From an uncultured Chloroflexia bacterium (lineage in GTDB: Bacteria > Chloroflexota > Limnocylindria > Limnocylindrales > CSP1-4), in assembly GCA_963703155.1 (NCBI GenBank), contig OY969796.1:3766325-3830324 (forward strand): a stretch of DNA of 64,000 bases. Reading direction: 5' to 3'. A program made the position numbers and the translations under genes. The notes under the pieces were generated by a model. It did not search any database. It was not told where the DNA came from and saw only the letters and a list, made by a program, of their open reading frames with translations. The first letter of the stretch is position 1, and each line of letters opens with the position of its first letter. Positions 1 through 9,318 of this stretch are shown here, piece by piece.

Positions 1-235
1 CTCCTCAAGGCGGATCACGTCGGCACCGCGACGGTGGGCCTCTCCTACAGCCGGCCCTGGGCTGGCGGCGAGAAGGACGTGTGGGAGTACACGCTCCACG
101 TGACGATCGACTGATCGTCACGGGCGATCGATGGGGATCGCCGCCCCGAGCCGCGGACCAGCGGGCTCCCGGGGCGGCGATCCCGTGCTGTCGACCGAAT
201 GTCGCCTGGCCAGCGGTCTCGTCGCCGGCCCCCGG

Positions 236-1096
236 TCAGCGGCTGCGGACGAAGACCGCGCCCATCAGGTCCGGGCCGAGGTGCGGACCCGTCGAAGCGC
301 CCAGCAGCCCGACGGACACGCGGGAGGGGTCGACGCCGCCCGGGACCTGCGCCAGCAGCGCGTCGCGGAAGTCGGCCACCTCTTCGGGTGTGGACGTCGG
401 CGTGTGGAGGATGGCCACTCGCTCAAGCGGCCGCTCGGCGATGAGCTCCACCACGCGCCGGCGCGCCTTCGTGCGCGTCCGCGGCTGCTCCGCCACGACG
501 ATGTCGCCGCCGCGCACGGTGATGATGGGCTTGACCGAGAGCACCGTCCCCACCATCGCCCTCGCAGCCGAGAGACGGCCGTTCCGCCGCAGGTACTCGA
601 GCGTGTCGACGGCGACGAAGAGGTCGACGTCGGGCAGTCGGTCGCGGACCGCCGCCGCGATCTCCGCCGCTGGGATCCCGGTCATCGCCATCTCGGCCGC
701 CATCAGGGCGGGGAACCCGGTCGCCATCGATGTCGACCCCGTGTCGATCAGGTGGATCTCGCGCCCCGGCAGCAGCTGCACCGCGACACTCGCGCTCTGG
801 TACGTGGACGAGATCCGCGACCCGATCAGCGGGCAGACCACGGCGTCCGCGCCCTCGGCGAAACACGCCTCGAACACCTGCTTGAACGCGCCCGGAGACG
901 GCGACGCAGTGGATGGCATGGGTGCGTCCGGTGCGAGCAGACGCTGCCAGAACTGCTCCGTGGTCAGGTTGACCCCGACCTGGAACAATTCCTCACCGAA
1001 CTGCACCGACAGCGGCACCACGCGGATCCCAGCCGCAGCGGCGGCGGCTGGCGACAGGTCCGCGGTTGAGTCGGTCACGATCGCGGTGCGGCTCAC
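236..1096 (-). CDS. DegV family (EDD-fold) fatty-acid-binding protein
   Basis: Translation AIVTDSTADLSP...GIRVVPLSV...EYLRRNGRLSAA matches the DegV fold. A GTG start at 1096 sits 6 nt after AGGAGG. The longer ORF running to 1783 has a non-homologous Arg/Pro-rich N-terminus. Confidence 0.8.
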   Translation of the reverse strand: MSRTAIVTDSTADLSPAAAAAAGIRVVPLSVQFGEELFQVGVNLTTEQFWQRLLAPDAPMPSTASPSPGAFKQVFEACFAEGADAVVCPLIGSRISSTYQSASVAVQLLPGREIHLIDTGSTSMATGFPALMAAEMAMTGIPAAEIAAAVRDRLPDVDLFVAVDTLEYLRRNGRLSAARAMVGTVLSVKPIITVRGGDIVVAEQPRTRTKARRRVVELIAERPLERVAILHTPTSTPEEVADFRDALLAQVPGGVDPSRVSVGLLGASTGPHLGPDLMGAVFVRSR

Positions 1097-1265
1097 GGCG
1101 CCTCCTGGCCCGCCATCGGTTCGGCGCCGCTCTCGCCACGCTCGGCGCCAGTGTGCCAGTCCGCGCTCCGGCGCGGGGCCGTGGCGGCGCGACGTCAGCT
1201 CCCGATCGGTGCGCTTTGGCAATGACAGCGGCCAGGGCATCGGGCCATTGCGTCCTTCGGCGGGC

Positions 1266-1299
1266 TTGACAGGGTCTATATACAACCGTATGGTTGTAT
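1266..1299 (+). promoter_or_regulatory. Promoter (-35 TTGACA at 1266-1271) plus a perfect 20-bp palindrome ATACAACCGTATGGTTGTAT (1280-1299) abutting the arsR GTG start; candidate ArsR/SmtB operator and leaderless transcript
   Basis: Seen directly in sequence: the 8-4-8 inverted repeat ends 1 nt before GTG 1301. There is no room for a Shine-Dalgarno. Confidence 0.5.
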
Positions 1300-1300
1300 C

Positions 1301-1648
1301 GTGCAGATCGCTCCTCCGGACTTCGACCGCATGTTCGGCGCCCTCGCGGACGCCACCCGGCGCGACATCGTGCGCCGGGCGATCGACGGCGAGGAGGGCG
1401 TGGCCGAGCTGGCCGGGCACTACCCGATGAGCTTCGCGGCCGTCCAGAAGCATGTCGCGATCCTCGAGCGGGCTGGCCTGGTCACCAAGGTCCGCATCGG
1501 GCGCCGCAAAGTCGTCCGCGCCAACCCCGAGGCCCTCCGCGTTGCCCGACGCCTCCTCGACCAGTACGAGGCGCTGTGGCGAGGGCGAGTGGACCGCATG
1601 ACGGCGCTCATTGCCGACCCGTCCCAGAGCAAGGAGCCAGATCGATGA
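1301..1648 (+). CDS. ArsR/SmtB family HTH transcriptional regulator
   Basis: 115 aa. A winged-HTH pattern (AILERAGLVTKVRIGRRKV) and the metalloregulator-like size support the call. Confidence 0.8.
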   Translation: MQIAPPDFDRMFGALADATRRDIVRRAIDGEEGVAELAGHYPMSFAAVQKHVAILERAGLVTKVRIGRRKVVRANPEALRVARRLLDQYEALWRGRVDRMTALIADPSQSKEPDR

Positions 1649-2157
1649 CCGTGACCGCGATCCGCAAGGACCCCGAGTCCCTGACCATGACCGTTGACGC
1701 GGAGTTCGACGCCGCGCCGGAGCGCGTGTGGCAGCTCTGGGCCGACCCGCGGCAGCTGGAGCGCTGGTGGGGCCCGCCCGCATACCCGGCGACCGTGACC
1801 GCCCACGACCTCCGCACTGGCGGGCGTGTCGAGTACCACATGACGGGGCCCGAGGGAGACCAGCCGCGCGGATACTGGGAGATCGTCGAGGCCGAAGCGC
1901 CGCATCGGCTCGTGTTCCGCGACGGCTTCGCCAACGCCGACGGCCGGCCGAACTCCGACATGCCGATGACCGAGGCGCACGTGACGATCAGCGCCCTCGG
2001 CAACGGCCGAACGCGGATGTCCATCGAGAGCCACTTCCCTGACACGGCAGCCATGGAGCAGCTCCTCGCCATGGGCATGGAGCAGGGCATCCGCGAGGCG
2101 GTCGGCCAGATTGATGCCATCATCGCCGCCGTCATGTCGTCGCCGACTCGCGCCTGA
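1645..2157 (+). CDS. SRPBCC / Aha1-like (activator of Hsp90 ATPase homolog) domain protein
   Basis: The ATG overlaps the arsR stop (ATGA). The ERVWQLWADPRQLERWWGP motif is typical of the AHSA1/SRPBCC family, and ArsR-SRPBCC is a common gene pair. Confidence 0.75.
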   Translation: MTVTAIRKDPESLTMTVDAEFDAAPERVWQLWADPRQLERWWGPPAYPATVTAHDLRTGGRVEYHMTGPEGDQPRGYWEIVEAEAPHRLVFRDGFANADGRPNSDMPMTEAHVTISALGNGRTRMSIESHFPDTAAMEQLLAMGMEQGIREAVGQIDAIIAAVMSSPTRA

Positions 2158-2230
2158 CGGCTTCCGCTGGCAAGCGCGCCGCGCTTCGCCGCTCCACGCG
2201 TCCAACCTCTTCGTCCCCAGGAGGCGTGCC

Positions 2231-3121
2231 ATGAACACCCGCACCATCACCACCCAGACCCTCGACGCTCCCGGCGCAACCCTCGCGTACGACGTGCGGC
2301 CGGCCGAGGCCGACCGCGAGCCGGTCGACCAGCCGGTGCTGCTGTTCGTGGGGTCGCCGATGGCGGCCTCGGGCTTCGCGGCCCTCGCCGACCGGTTCCC
2401 CGAGCGGACCGTCGTCACCTACGACCCGCGGGGCTGCGAGCGCAGCGTCAAGGCTGACCCCGCCAGCACGAGCACTCCCGAGCAGCACGCCGACGACATC
2501 CACCGGCTCATCACGGCGCTCGGCGTCGGGCCGGTCGACCTGTTCGCGAGCAGCGGCGGGGCGGTCAACGCCCTCGCGCTCGTCGCGACGCACCCCGAGG
2601 ACGTTCGGACCCTCGTGGCGCACGAACCGCCGCTGGCCTCGATCCTCCCCGACCGGGAGCAGGCGCAGGTCGCGGTCCTCTCCATCGGGGACGCCTACCA
2701 GCGGCGCGGATTCGGCGCGGGGATGGCGAGGTTCATCGCCGTCACCGGGCACCAGGGGCCGTTCACGGCGGAGGATGCCGCGCAGCCCGGTCCGGACCCG
2801 TCCATGTTCGGCCTGCCCGCGGAGGACGACGGCACCCGCAACGACCCCCTGCTCCACCAGAACCTCGAATCCTGCACCTTGTACGTGCCCGACATCGACG
2901 CCCTGCGGTCCGCAACCACCCGGATCGTCATTGGCGCCGGGGAGGAATTGTCGGGCCAGCTGGCGAACCGGGGGGCTCACGCTGCTGCCGAGCAACTCGG
3001 GACGTCCGTCGTGACGTTCCCGAGCCACCATGGCGGCTTCGTCGGCGGGGACGGGCCCTACGCCGGCAAGCCCGACGCCTTCGCCGCCAAGCTGCACGAG
3101 GTTCTCGCCGCCGGCGCCTGA
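2231..3121 (+). CDS. alpha/beta-fold hydrolase
   Basis: 296 aa, with a nucleophile elbow in GSPMAASGFAAL / FASSGGAVNAL and a C-terminal His region. Confidence 0.7.
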   Translation: MNTRTITTQTLDAPGATLAYDVRPAEADREPVDQPVLLFVGSPMAASGFAALADRFPERTVVTYDPRGCERSVKADPASTSTPEQHADDIHRLITALGVGPVDLFASSGGAVNALALVATHPEDVRTLVAHEPPLASILPDREQAQVAVLSIGDAYQRRGFGAGMARFIAVTGHQGPFTAEDAAQPGPDPSMFGLPAEDDGTRNDPLLHQNLESCTLYVPDIDALRSATTRIVIGAGEELSGQLANRGAHAAAEQLGTSVVTFPSHHGGFVGGDGPYAGKPDAFAAKLHEVLAAGA

Positions 3122-3232
3122 GCTCGCCCACCTCCCGGCCTGCCGGGGCCGCGTCTCCGGTCGGCCGACGGCCGCTCGCGGGCGAAGCGTTGCCGCACGG
3201 GGTCGGTGCAGCCGCCCCGGGGCGCCCGCGCC

Positions 3233-3760
3233 CTACATCCGCTTCGCGGCCGCGGTGCCAACCGCCAGCTCGGCGGCCTCCTGCTGGGCCTGGGTGTAGT
3301 TCGGATCGGTGCTGCCGACCGTGATCGTGATGGCGCGCCCACCCTTGCGGATGTCCAGCTCCGCGGTTGCGCCAGTTGCAGCCGAGGCGAAGAAGGCCGC
3401 ATCGCCGACGCCGCTCACGCTGGTCACGCGCGGGCTGGGCATGCCCTGGAGGCCGTACGGCAGCTGCCCCACCGAGTCCGGGCTGGTGGCGGCGATCGTG
3501 GCGCTGGCGCCAGGGTCCGTGCTGTCCTGCCACGAGCATGAGGGCGCGTTGACGCCCGACGGGACGCCGGCCGCGACCGCATTCCCCACAGCCGCGCTCA
3601 TCTCGGCCTGCGTCACCAGCGCGCACAGGTCGGCCGCGCTGAAGCCGCTGCCGCCTCCCTGGTCGGCGGGCGTCGTGGGGGATGCGGCCGACGCGCCGCA
3701 GGCAGCGACCAGGACGAGCGCCGCGAGCGCCGTGGCGAACCTGCGCGGCGCCCCGGGCAT
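3233..3760 (-). CDS. secreted lipoprotein (lipobox LVAAC)
   Basis: Signal peptide MPGAPRRFATALAALVLVAAC followed by a Ser/Thr/Ala-rich mature region. The start was placed at the ATG at 3760. Confidence 0.6.
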   Translation of the reverse strand: MPGAPRRFATALAALVLVAACGASAASPTTPADQGGGSGFSAADLCALVTQAEMSAAVGNAVAAGVPSGVNAPSCSWQDSTDPGASATIAATSPDSVGQLPYGLQGMPSPRVTSVSGVGDAAFFASAATGATAELDIRKGGRAITITVGSTDPNYTQAQQEAAELAVGTAAAKRM

Positions 3761-3798
3761 TCGAAGTCCCGCAGAGAGTTGATGCGAAGGGCGCGCTC

Positions 3799-4110
3799 TC
3801 ACCGGCCGTGGTCCGCTGCCCGCTCGCTCGCGGTGCCTGGCGTCGGCCGGATCGGGACGTGCCAGCCGACGACCTCGCAGCCGGGATGGTGCGGAACGCC
3901 GGCGCCGGGGGTGCACAGGGTGCAGCCCCAGGGCGTCAGGCCGCCGTCGTCGGCGAGGAAGGCGATGTCGCACACCTCTGCGCCGGGGTCGCACGACGGG
4001 CTGTGGCAGGCGCAGCGGCAGTCGAGCGCGTGCTCGCACGTGCAGCTCGCCTCGGCGGACGGCGCACGGACAACGCCTGCGGAAGTCGGGGTCAGGATGC
4101 GGAGCTGCAT
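3799..4110 (-). CDS. hypothetical small Cys-rich protein
   Basis: 103 aa carrying 11 Cys in CTCEHALDCRCACHSPSCD...CTLCTPG. The RBS is weak and no family was recognised. Confidence 0.3.
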   Translation of the reverse strand: MQLRILTPTSAGVVRAPSAEASCTCEHALDCRCACHSPSCDPGAEVCDIAFLADDGGLTPWGCTLCTPGAGVPHHPGCEVVGWHVPIRPTPGTASERAADHGR

Positions 4111-4228
4111 GGGACGCCTCTGCTCCAACGTCGCGGAGCCCGAGCGCGCCGCGACACCACTGGGTGGCCCCAATTGTCGTCAGGCCGTCAATCGTCGTGA
4201 CGGGCTGCGCCGTGGCGCGCTCAAGCTG

Positions 4229-5407
4229 TCAGCCCGCGGCGGCCACCTGCTTGCGGTACGCCTCCGCCTCCCAGTTCTCGATGAAGAGGCGCTCCTCGTC
4301 ACTGAGATGCCGCACGCCTCCCAGCCGGAACGCCGTCTCGCCCGTCCGCAGCATGTCGAGGTAGACGTCGCGCGCCGTCTCAGCCTGGCGCGCCGTGGCA
4401 GCCGTCGCGAACAGCCCGAGGCCGGGCACCACGGTGACGATGGGCGGCACACCGTGCGCTGCCTCGAACTCGGCCGCACGCGCGGCGGTCAGCTCGGTCA
4501 GCCGCTCCGGAGGAACTCGCTCGGTGTCGAGCACCAGGGGCCACGATCCCGTGTAGACGATCTGGTCGGGGATGAGGGGGCCGTCCATGAAGGCGCGGCC
4601 ATCCGGCGTGCCGGCGAACGCCGCGGCGAGCGGGTGCGGGTCGAAGACGACGGCGCGCCGCCCGAGACCGGCGGCGATCGCACTGACGACGGCCGGGTCG
4701 GGTGACGGGGCCGCAGGTGCCGGTGCGCCGCTGCCCTCGGCAGCCGCGGACGCGCGCAGCTCGGACTCGATCGCCGAGACCAGCCACGCCGTCTCGCCCC
4801 CGATCTCCTCCGCGGTCTCGCCGCCGACGATCAGCCCGTGGTTCCCGAGCAGCGTCACCCGCGGCGCTGCTCTCCCGGTGCGCGCCTCGTGGGCTCGCCG
4901 GGCGCCGAGGATGGCGTGTGCCAGCGGCAGGCCGGGGTCCGTGTACGGCACCCAGACCGCGCGATCGCCGAAGAGGCGCTCGGCGAGGGCGGGCCCGTTG
5001 CTGTTGCACGTGACCGCGTTGACGAGGACCGGGTGCGTGTGCAGGACGAACTGCTCCGGGAGGAGGGCATGGAACAGCAGCTCGACGCTGGGCCGACGAC
5101 CGTGCGCCTCGGCCAGGCGCGCGGCGGCCGCGGTCGTCATCACCGGGTCGCCCTCGCCCGGGATGGCGGCCGGGTCGTGCTCGAGCAGCGCCAGCAGCCG
5201 CGCCCGGTCGAGCGGGACAAGGTCATCAGCCGCGAGCGTGGCCAGCGGCACCCCGGACGGTTTGATCCACAGCACGCCGTCGGCCTTGGCCGACGAGTTG
5301 CCGCCGCCGGCGCGGACGAACATCGGGTCGGCGCCGAAGCGGTTCGACAGGCCGATCAGCTCGCCAATCTCGGGGGGCTGGGCGAGAGGCGGCACGAGCG
5401 CGCTCAC
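4229..5407 (-). CDS. class II aldolase/adducin-domain protein, resembling the N-terminal aldolase domain of actinobacterial bifunctional rhamnulose-1-phosphate aldolase/short-chain dehydrogenase, with no SDR domain
   Basis: Contains the class II aldolase signature GGGNSSAK. The GTG start at 5407 overlaps the rhaD stop (GTGA). 392 aa. Confidence 0.7.
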   Translation of the reverse strand: MSALVPPLAQPPEIGELIGLSNRFGADPMFVRAGGGNSSAKADGVLWIKPSGVPLATLAADDLVPLDRARLLALLEHDPAAIPGEGDPVMTTAAAARLAEAHGRRPSVELLFHALLPEQFVLHTHPVLVNAVTCNSNGPALAERLFGDRAVWVPYTDPGLPLAHAILGARRAHEARTGRAAPRVTLLGNHGLIVGGETAEEIGGETAWLVSAIESELRASAAAEGSGAPAPAAPSPDPAVVSAIAAGLGRRAVVFDPHPLAAAFAGTPDGRAFMDGPLIPDQIVYTGSWPLVLDTERVPPERLTELTAARAAEFEAAHGVPPIVTVVPGLGLFATAATARQAETARDVYLDMLRTGETAFRLGGVRHLSDEERLFIENWEAEAYRKQVAAAG

Positions 5408-6229
5408 ACGAGGTCCGTTTCGACGCCGAATGCCGTGACGATCGAGCGCAGCTCCTCGTCGCCGAGGCGCTCCCCGCGTCCTCCGGCGACGAGATCCATG
5501 TACTCGTACCGGGCGCCCGCCTCTGCGTACTCGATGCGGTCCACCGCGCGGGTGACCGAGATGTCGCTGCGGGCCATGACGCCGTGCTTGCCCCAGACGT
5601 CGATCCGGTGGCTCCGCAGGCTCTCGACGTTGGCGGCCATCAACGCCTCCGAGCCCGGGATCATGAACCGCAGGATCCCTACACCCTGCGGCAGCTGGAC
5701 GATCGTCTCTGGCTCCCAGCGCATCACCCGCGCATTGAAGTAGGCCTCGTCCTGGTAGGCCGGCACGTGCGAGAGGTACGTGATGTGCGGCGGCTGGGCG
5801 TGGACCACGGCGTGGAAGTTGGTGCCAGTGCGGTCGACCGTGTCGTCGTGGACGGCCAGGTGGCTGTTCCACTCGGAGGTGAGCCGCTCGAACAGGCGGG
5901 CGGGCGCGGACCACAGCGTCGCCGTGGCGCCGTCGTCATCGATCGACCACCGCGCCGATGTTGGCGATCGGGTTCGCCCCGATGTCCCGCAGCCGGCGCC
6001 CCGACCCGGTGACGAGCACGGTGTGGCCGGCCAGGTGCGGCGCCGGGACCGGCAGGGCGATCGGCTCGCCCCTCGGGAACCTCCGACGGACCTCGACCTG
6101 CCAGCCGAGGCACACGCTGATGTTGCCGGCCGCGCCCTCGCCCGCGTCGAGAAGGGCGATCCGGCGGCCGCCCTCGCCCATCGAGGCGAGGATCTCGTCG
6201 AGGTCCGGGAGCGGTGAGGTCAGCGGCAT
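5404..6229 (-). pseudogene. rhaD: L-rhamnulose-1-phosphate aldolase (E. coli RhaD type), interrupted by a +1 frameshift near 5938-5947
   Basis: ORF 5936-6229 ends ...VTGSGRRLRDIGANPIANIGAVVDR*, matching E. coli RhaD FIVTGSGKFFRNV...NLGIV. The other frame continues IDDDGATATLW...HAQPPHITYLSH...GVGILRFMIPGSE..., matching DSDGAGYHILW...HFLSH...GVGILPWMVPG. The shift falls in the repeat gatcgatcgatg. Confidence 0.7.
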
Positions 6230-6236
6230 CTGGGGC

Positions 6237-7454
6237 TCACCAGCTCGCGGCGGTCCCGCCGACCCGCGCGGCGTACTTCGCCTCCTCCTCGCCCGAGGCG
6301 AGGTAGGCGCGGTACGGGTCCGCGGGCAGCCCGCGCGCCACGCGCAGCTCGGCGAGCAGCGGCCGGACGTCGGTCTGGAAGGCGTCCCACAGCGCGCCGT
6401 TCGCCTCGAGCACGTCGCCTGCGGCCTGGGCCGCCTGCAGCCGCTCGCGGTCCACGAGCAGGGCCTTGGCGACCGTCTCCTGGAGGTTCATGACGCTCCG
6501 GATCATGGCCGGCACCTTGGGCTCGATGTTGTGGCACTGGTCGAGCATGTACGTGGTTGCGTTGGCGGTCGCCTGGGCGACCGGGTCGTCGCCGTCCCGC
6601 ATCGCGTTCACCAGCTCGTGCGTGATGCGGAAGAGCTGGTACGGGTCGATCGAGCCGACCATCAGGTCGTCATCGCCGTACTTCTTGTCGTTGAGGTCGA
6701 AGGCGAACAGCCTGCCCTCGGCCAGGAGCAGTGCCACGATCTGCTCGATGTTCACGCCCATCGCGTGGTGGCCGGTGTCCACGCAGACCCCGGCGCGGTC
6801 GCCCAGCTGGCGGACCACGTTGAGGCTCTGGCCCCAGTCCTGGACGTCGGTGCTGTAGAGGGCCGGCTCGTAGAGCTTGTACTCGAGGTACATGCGGGCG
6901 TTGGCCGGCAGGTGCGCGTACGCGTCCTGGAGCCCCGCCACCAGCCGCCGGTGCCGACCGCGCAGGTCGTCCTGGCCCGGGTAGTTCGTGCCGTCGCCCA
7001 GCCACACCTTGACGGCCTGCGCGTCGAGCTTCGTCGAGATCTCGCAGCACTCGACGATCGCCGAGACGGCCTTCGCCCGCACTCGAGCGTCCGGGTGGCA
7101 GATGGAGCCCAGCCTGTAGTCGAGGTCCTGGAACGTGTTGCTGTTGATGCCGCCGAAGGTGAGCCCGTTCGCCTTCGTGTGGGCCGCCAGCTCGTCCCAG
7201 TCGTCCACCCTGTCCCACGGGATGTGGAGTGACACCGTCCGGGCGATCCCCGTGAACCGGTTGACGGTCCCGGCGTCGTCGATCTTCTCGAAGACCGTCC
7301 GCGGCACGCCCTGCTGGGGGAACACGCGGAACCGGGTCCCGGTGTTCACGAACCCCCACGAGGGGATCTCGATGTTGAGCCCGTCCACCGCCCACGCCAC
7401 CCGCTCGAGCGCGGGGGTCGAGGCGGGAAGGGCGACGACGGGGTTGGCGGCCAT
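6237..7454 (-). CDS. rhaI: L-rhamnose isomerase (actinobacterial xylose-isomerase-like TIM barrel type)
   Basis: 405 aa. IEIPSWGFVNTGTRFRVF matches the RhaI N-terminal motif. It lies between rhaB and rhaD. Confidence 0.85.
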   Translation of the reverse strand: MAANPVVALPASTPALERVAWAVDGLNIEIPSWGFVNTGTRFRVFPQQGVPRTVFEKIDDAGTVNRFTGIARTVSLHIPWDRVDDWDELAAHTKANGLTFGGINSNTFQDLDYRLGSICHPDARVRAKAVSAIVECCEISTKLDAQAVKVWLGDGTNYPGQDDLRGRHRRLVAGLQDAYAHLPANARMYLEYKLYEPALYSTDVQDWGQSLNVVRQLGDRAGVCVDTGHHAMGVNIEQIVALLLAEGRLFAFDLNDKKYGDDDLMVGSIDPYQLFRITHELVNAMRDGDDPVAQATANATTYMLDQCHNIEPKVPAMIRSVMNLQETVAKALLVDRERLQAAQAAGDVLEANGALWDAFQTDVRPLLAELRVARGLPADPYRAYLASGEEEAKYAARVGGTAASW

Positions 7455-7466
7455 GGCGGTGACTCC

Positions 7467-8942
7467 TCAGCAGCGGGTGATGGCGGCGAACCGGGCACGG
7501 GCCCCGGTCCAGTCGCCCTCGGGATCGACGGTGGTGAAGGGGAAGGAGCGGGCGACGATCTCGCGGCCCTCGGCGAGCGATCCGATGTGGCCGGTGGCGA
7601 GCGCCTGGACGAGCAGGTTGCCGATGGCGGTGGCCTCGACCGGGCCTGCGCGGACCGGGAGGCCCGTCGCGCCGGCCGTCAGGCGGTTCAGGAGGCCGTT
7701 GTTCGCGCCGCCGCCCACGACGTGGACGCTGTCGGGCACGACGCCCGAGGCCGCCGCGAGCTGGTCGAGCACGACGGCATAGCGCAGGGCGAGGCTCTCG
7801 AGCAGGACGCGGAACAGCGTCCCCTCATCGGCGGGCGCGGGCTGGCCGGTCTCGGCGCAGAAGGCGCGCACGTTGGCGGGCAGGTCGCCAGGGTGGAGGA
7901 ACCGCTCGTCGTCGGGGTCGATGAAGGCGGTGAACGGGGGCGCGGCATCGGCAAGCGCGGCGATCGCGGCGTACGTCGGGGCGTCGCCGTCGGGCCACAC
8001 GGACCGGCGCGCCTGCTGGATCAGCCACAGCCCCGCCACGTTCCGCAGGAGCCGGATCGTCCCGCCGACGCCCCCCTCGTTGGTCAGGTTCGCCGCCGCC
8101 GATGCCTCGTTGATGACGGGCCCCGGCACCTCGAGCCCCAGCAGCGACCAGGTGCCCGACGAGAGGAACGCCGTGCGCGGCGAGGCGAGGGGCGTCCCAG
8201 CGACGGCCGATGCCGTGTCGTGGGAGCCGGCGAGCACCACGCGGCTGCTCCCCAGTCCGGCGGCCTCGGCGAGTGCCGGCAGCAGTGGACCGACGTCGGT
8301 CCCCGGGGCGGCGACCTCGGGCAGCAGGCCGGCGGGAATGCCGATGCGCTCGAGCATCGACGTCGCCCAATCGCGCGAATGCGCGTCGAGGCACTGCGTG
8401 GTGGTGGCGTTCGTGTACTCAGCAACCTCGGCGCCCGACAGCCAGTTGGCCATCAAGTCCGGCATGAGCAGCAGCCGACGGGCCTGCGCGAGCAGGGGGT
8501 CCCGCTCCAGCGCCATCGCCGCCAGCTGGTAGAGCGTGTTGATCGGCATCACCTGGATGCCGGTCGTGGCGTAGACCTCGGCGCGCGGGACCAGGCCGAA
8601 CACGCGCTCGGGGACGCCATCGGTCCGGCGGTCGCGATAGTGCACCGGGTTCGCCAGCAGCCGGCCGCGCTCGTCAAGCAGCCCGAAGTCCACGCCCCAC
8701 GTGTCCACCGCGACGGACGCGACATCGCCCGCTGCACCGGCACGCCGGAGCCCCGCCTCGACGTCCGCCCACAGGCGCAGCACGTCCCAGTGGAGGGTCC
8801 CGCGGACGCGCACGGGCGCGTTGGCGAAGCGGTGGATCTCCTCGAGCGCGAGCCGTCCCCCGTCGAGCGTGCCGACGAGGACCCGGCCGCTCTCGGCGCC
8901 CAGGTCCACGGCCGCGTGCCGGGGGCCGCTGCGGTCAGTCAA
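7467..8942 (-). CDS. rhaB: rhamnulokinase (FGGY carbohydrate kinase)
   Basis: 491 aa with FGGY motifs (AVDLGAESGR, VDTWGVDFGLLD, HVVGGGANN). Confidence 0.85.
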   Translation of the reverse strand: MTDRSGPRHAAVDLGAESGRVLVGTLDGGRLALEEIHRFANAPVRVRGTLHWDVLRLWADVEAGLRRAGAAGDVASVAVDTWGVDFGLLDERGRLLANPVHYRDRRTDGVPERVFGLVPRAEVYATTGIQVMPINTLYQLAAMALERDPLLAQARRLLLMPDLMANWLSGAEVAEYTNATTTQCLDAHSRDWATSMLERIGIPAGLLPEVAAPGTDVGPLLPALAEAAGLGSSRVVLAGSHDTASAVAGTPLASPRTAFLSSGTWSLLGLEVPGPVINEASAAANLTNEGGVGGTIRLLRNVAGLWLIQQARRSVWPDGDAPTYAAIAALADAAPPFTAFIDPDDERFLHPGDLPANVRAFCAETGQPAPADEGTLFRVLLESLALRYAVVLDQLAAASGVVPDSVHVVGGGANNGLLNRLTAGATGLPVRAGPVEATAIGNLLVQALATGHIGSLAEGREIVARSFPFTTVDPEGDWTGARARFAAITRC

Positions 8943-9264
8943 GGCGGAACACCTCGTCGAGGCGGCGGTGGAAGCCCGTGGCGGGGTCGGTGCACGGGTC
9001 GATCAGGCGCGCCATGTCGGCCTGCCAGCGGTCGTTGACCTCCTGGGCGGCCATGTTGGCGCGGAAGCGGGCGAAGTCCTCGACGTCGAAGATGCCGATC
9101 AGGCGGTCGTCGAGCTGGTAGATGGAGTAGTTGCTGACGCCGGCATCCTTGAGGGCCCCGAGCATCTCGGGCCACACGTGGGCGTGGCGCTCGCGGTACT
9201 CGGCCTCGGCCCCCGGCAGCAGGCGCATGGTGAAGGCGACGCGTTCCACGGCAGGGTCCATCAA
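8935..9264 (-). CDS. rhaM: L-rhamnose mutarotase
   Basis: 109 aa. ...YRERHAHVWPEM...AGVSNYSIY resembles the RhaM family. Confidence 0.8.
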   Translation of the reverse strand: MMDPAVERVAFTMRLLPGAEAEYRERHAHVWPEMLGALKDAGVSNYSIYQLDDRLIGIFDVEDFARFRANMAAQEVNDRWQADMARLIDPCTDPATGFHRRLDEVFRLD

Positions 9265-9318
9265 GGGTGACCCCGGCGGGCTCGGAGAGCTCGCCGGGGT
9301 CGTTGGAGGAGCTTCGGA

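Noticed and set aside
81-1430. Long plus-strand ORFs (449 aa and 312 aa) overlapping the DegV gene
   Set aside because: Arg/Pro/Gly-rich low-complexity translations, antisense to a well-supported DegV gene. Typical high-GC open-frame artefacts.
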